From Acidobacteriota bacterium (GTDB lineage: Bacteria > Acidobacteriota > UBA890 > WLXD01): 64,000 nt of DNA. Below the pieces are notes generated by a model. It saw only the letters and a program-made list of their open reading frames with translations. It did not search any database and was not told the origin of the DNA. The position numbers and the translations under genes were made by a program. The stretch lies in contig CBDBHB010000008.1 of NCBI GenBank assembly GCA_965205505.1, positions 160,001-224,000 of the forward strand, in the 5' to 3' direction. The first letter of the stretch is position 1, and each line of letters begins with the position of its first letter. Shown piece by piece: positions 63,051-64,000 of this stretch.

Positions 63051-63189
63051 CGATATCGGGATTGCGGGATCGCGCAGGGCGGCCCATGAGGGATCCCGGC
63101 GCCCGGGACAGGCGCCGCTACGTCAGGATACCATCGAAACTGCGGCAATCGGCTTGGTGGTCGCGGGCTGTTGCAGCCCCCACCCGGGG

Positions 63190-64000
63190 TCAGTGTCGAC
63201 GCCGGGCCTGCTCGCGCGACTGCCACTCATAGACCAGCGGGCTGGCGATGAAGAGCGACGAGTAGGTTCCTACCAGCACGCCCACGAGCAACGCGAAGGA
63301 GAAGTCGTTGATCACCGGGCCGCCGTAGAGGAACACTGCGATCACCACGATCAACGTGGTCGTCGAGGTGAGCAGGGTGCGGGAGAGCGTTTGGTTCAAG
63401 CTGATGTTGATTCGCTCGTAGAGCGACGTCCGACGCAGCACGCTGGTGTTCTCGCGAACGCGGTCGAAGACCACGACGGTGTCGTTGAGTGAATAACCAA
63501 CGATGGTGAGGAACGCCGCTACGACCGGCAAGTTGAACTCTCGCCCCGCGATCACGAAGGCGCCGAGTACCACCAGCACATCGTGAACCAACGCCACGAC
63601 CGCCGCGATCCCGAACTTGAACTCGAATCGATAGCTGATGTAGGCGAGCATTCCGAACAATGCCCAGACCACCGCCTGAATTGTCCGTCGCCTCAGATCG
63701 TCCCCCACTTGCGGGCTGACCGACTGACTGTCGCGGATCGTGAAGCCGCCGAGGTGGGCGCGCGAGCGCAAGCTGTCGAGTACCGCGGCATCGAGCCCAG
63801 CCCCGGCCAGCGCGTCCCAATCGGTGAACAGGCCCACCGTCCGCTTGGCGTCCAATACCAGCTGAGCCTGGGCTTGATAGACGGTCTGAGCGCTCTCGAG
63901 ACCGGCATTCAGGTCGAGCTGTAGCGGATTGTGCTCCATTAACGAATCCAGCAGCTGGTCACGACCAGCCATGTTCAGGTCGAGTTGCGCCTCACTGGAC
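63190..64000 (-). CDS. secF: Protein translocase SecF (5' end beyond window)
   Basis: YISYRF, ALVHDV, GYSLNDTVVVFDRVREN, QTLSRT, GTYSSLFIA. Confidence 0.95.
   Translation of the reverse strand, partial: SSEAQLDLNMAGRDQLLDSLMEHNPLQLDLNAGLESAQTVYQAQAQLVLDAKRTVGLFTDWDALAGAGLDAAVLDSLRSRAHLGGFTIRDSQSVSPQVGDDLRRRTIQAVVWALFGMLAYISYRFEFKFGIAAVVALVHDVLVVLGAFVIAGREFNLPVVAAFLTIVGYSLNDTVVVFDRVRENTSVLRRTSLYERINISLNQTLSRTLLTSTTTLIVVIAVFLYGGPVINDFSFALLVGVLVGTYSSLFIASPLVYEWQSREQARRRH

Overview
GC-rich bacterial chromosome segment made mostly of core genes. The gene order resembles Acidobacteriota (inference). In order: nusA (partial), rimP, thrC, tatAC, recJ, accA, dnaE, priA-udg-coaBC-rpoZ-gmk-yicC, lpxB-msbA, a glycosyltransferase cluster, aroB, gcvTHP, comEA with a pilin-like gene, proS, aroKA, an NSS transporter, accBC, a pilMNOPQ operon with two extra lipoproteins, ridA, rel and secF (partial). 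I saw no rRNA, tRNA, CRISPR array or transposase. Non-routine signals: (1) two families of CTAG-bounded miniature inverted-repeat elements, several sitting on TAG stop codons, one family apparently supplying a Shine-Dalgarno to the next gene in two places; (2) a rearrangement scar between priA and dnaE holding a 3' guaA fragment and a frameshifted S9 peptidase remnant; (3) two homopolymer-associated frameshifts confined to the pil operon (pilN, pilQ), which also carries an Ig/PKD lipoprotein pair; (4) a four-gene catabolic islet with a quinohemoprotein and an active-site-divergent ureohydrolase; (5) apparent CTG starts, leaderless promoters and an uncalled 36-aa transporter subunit. All calls come from motif recognition by eye, and no database searches were run.
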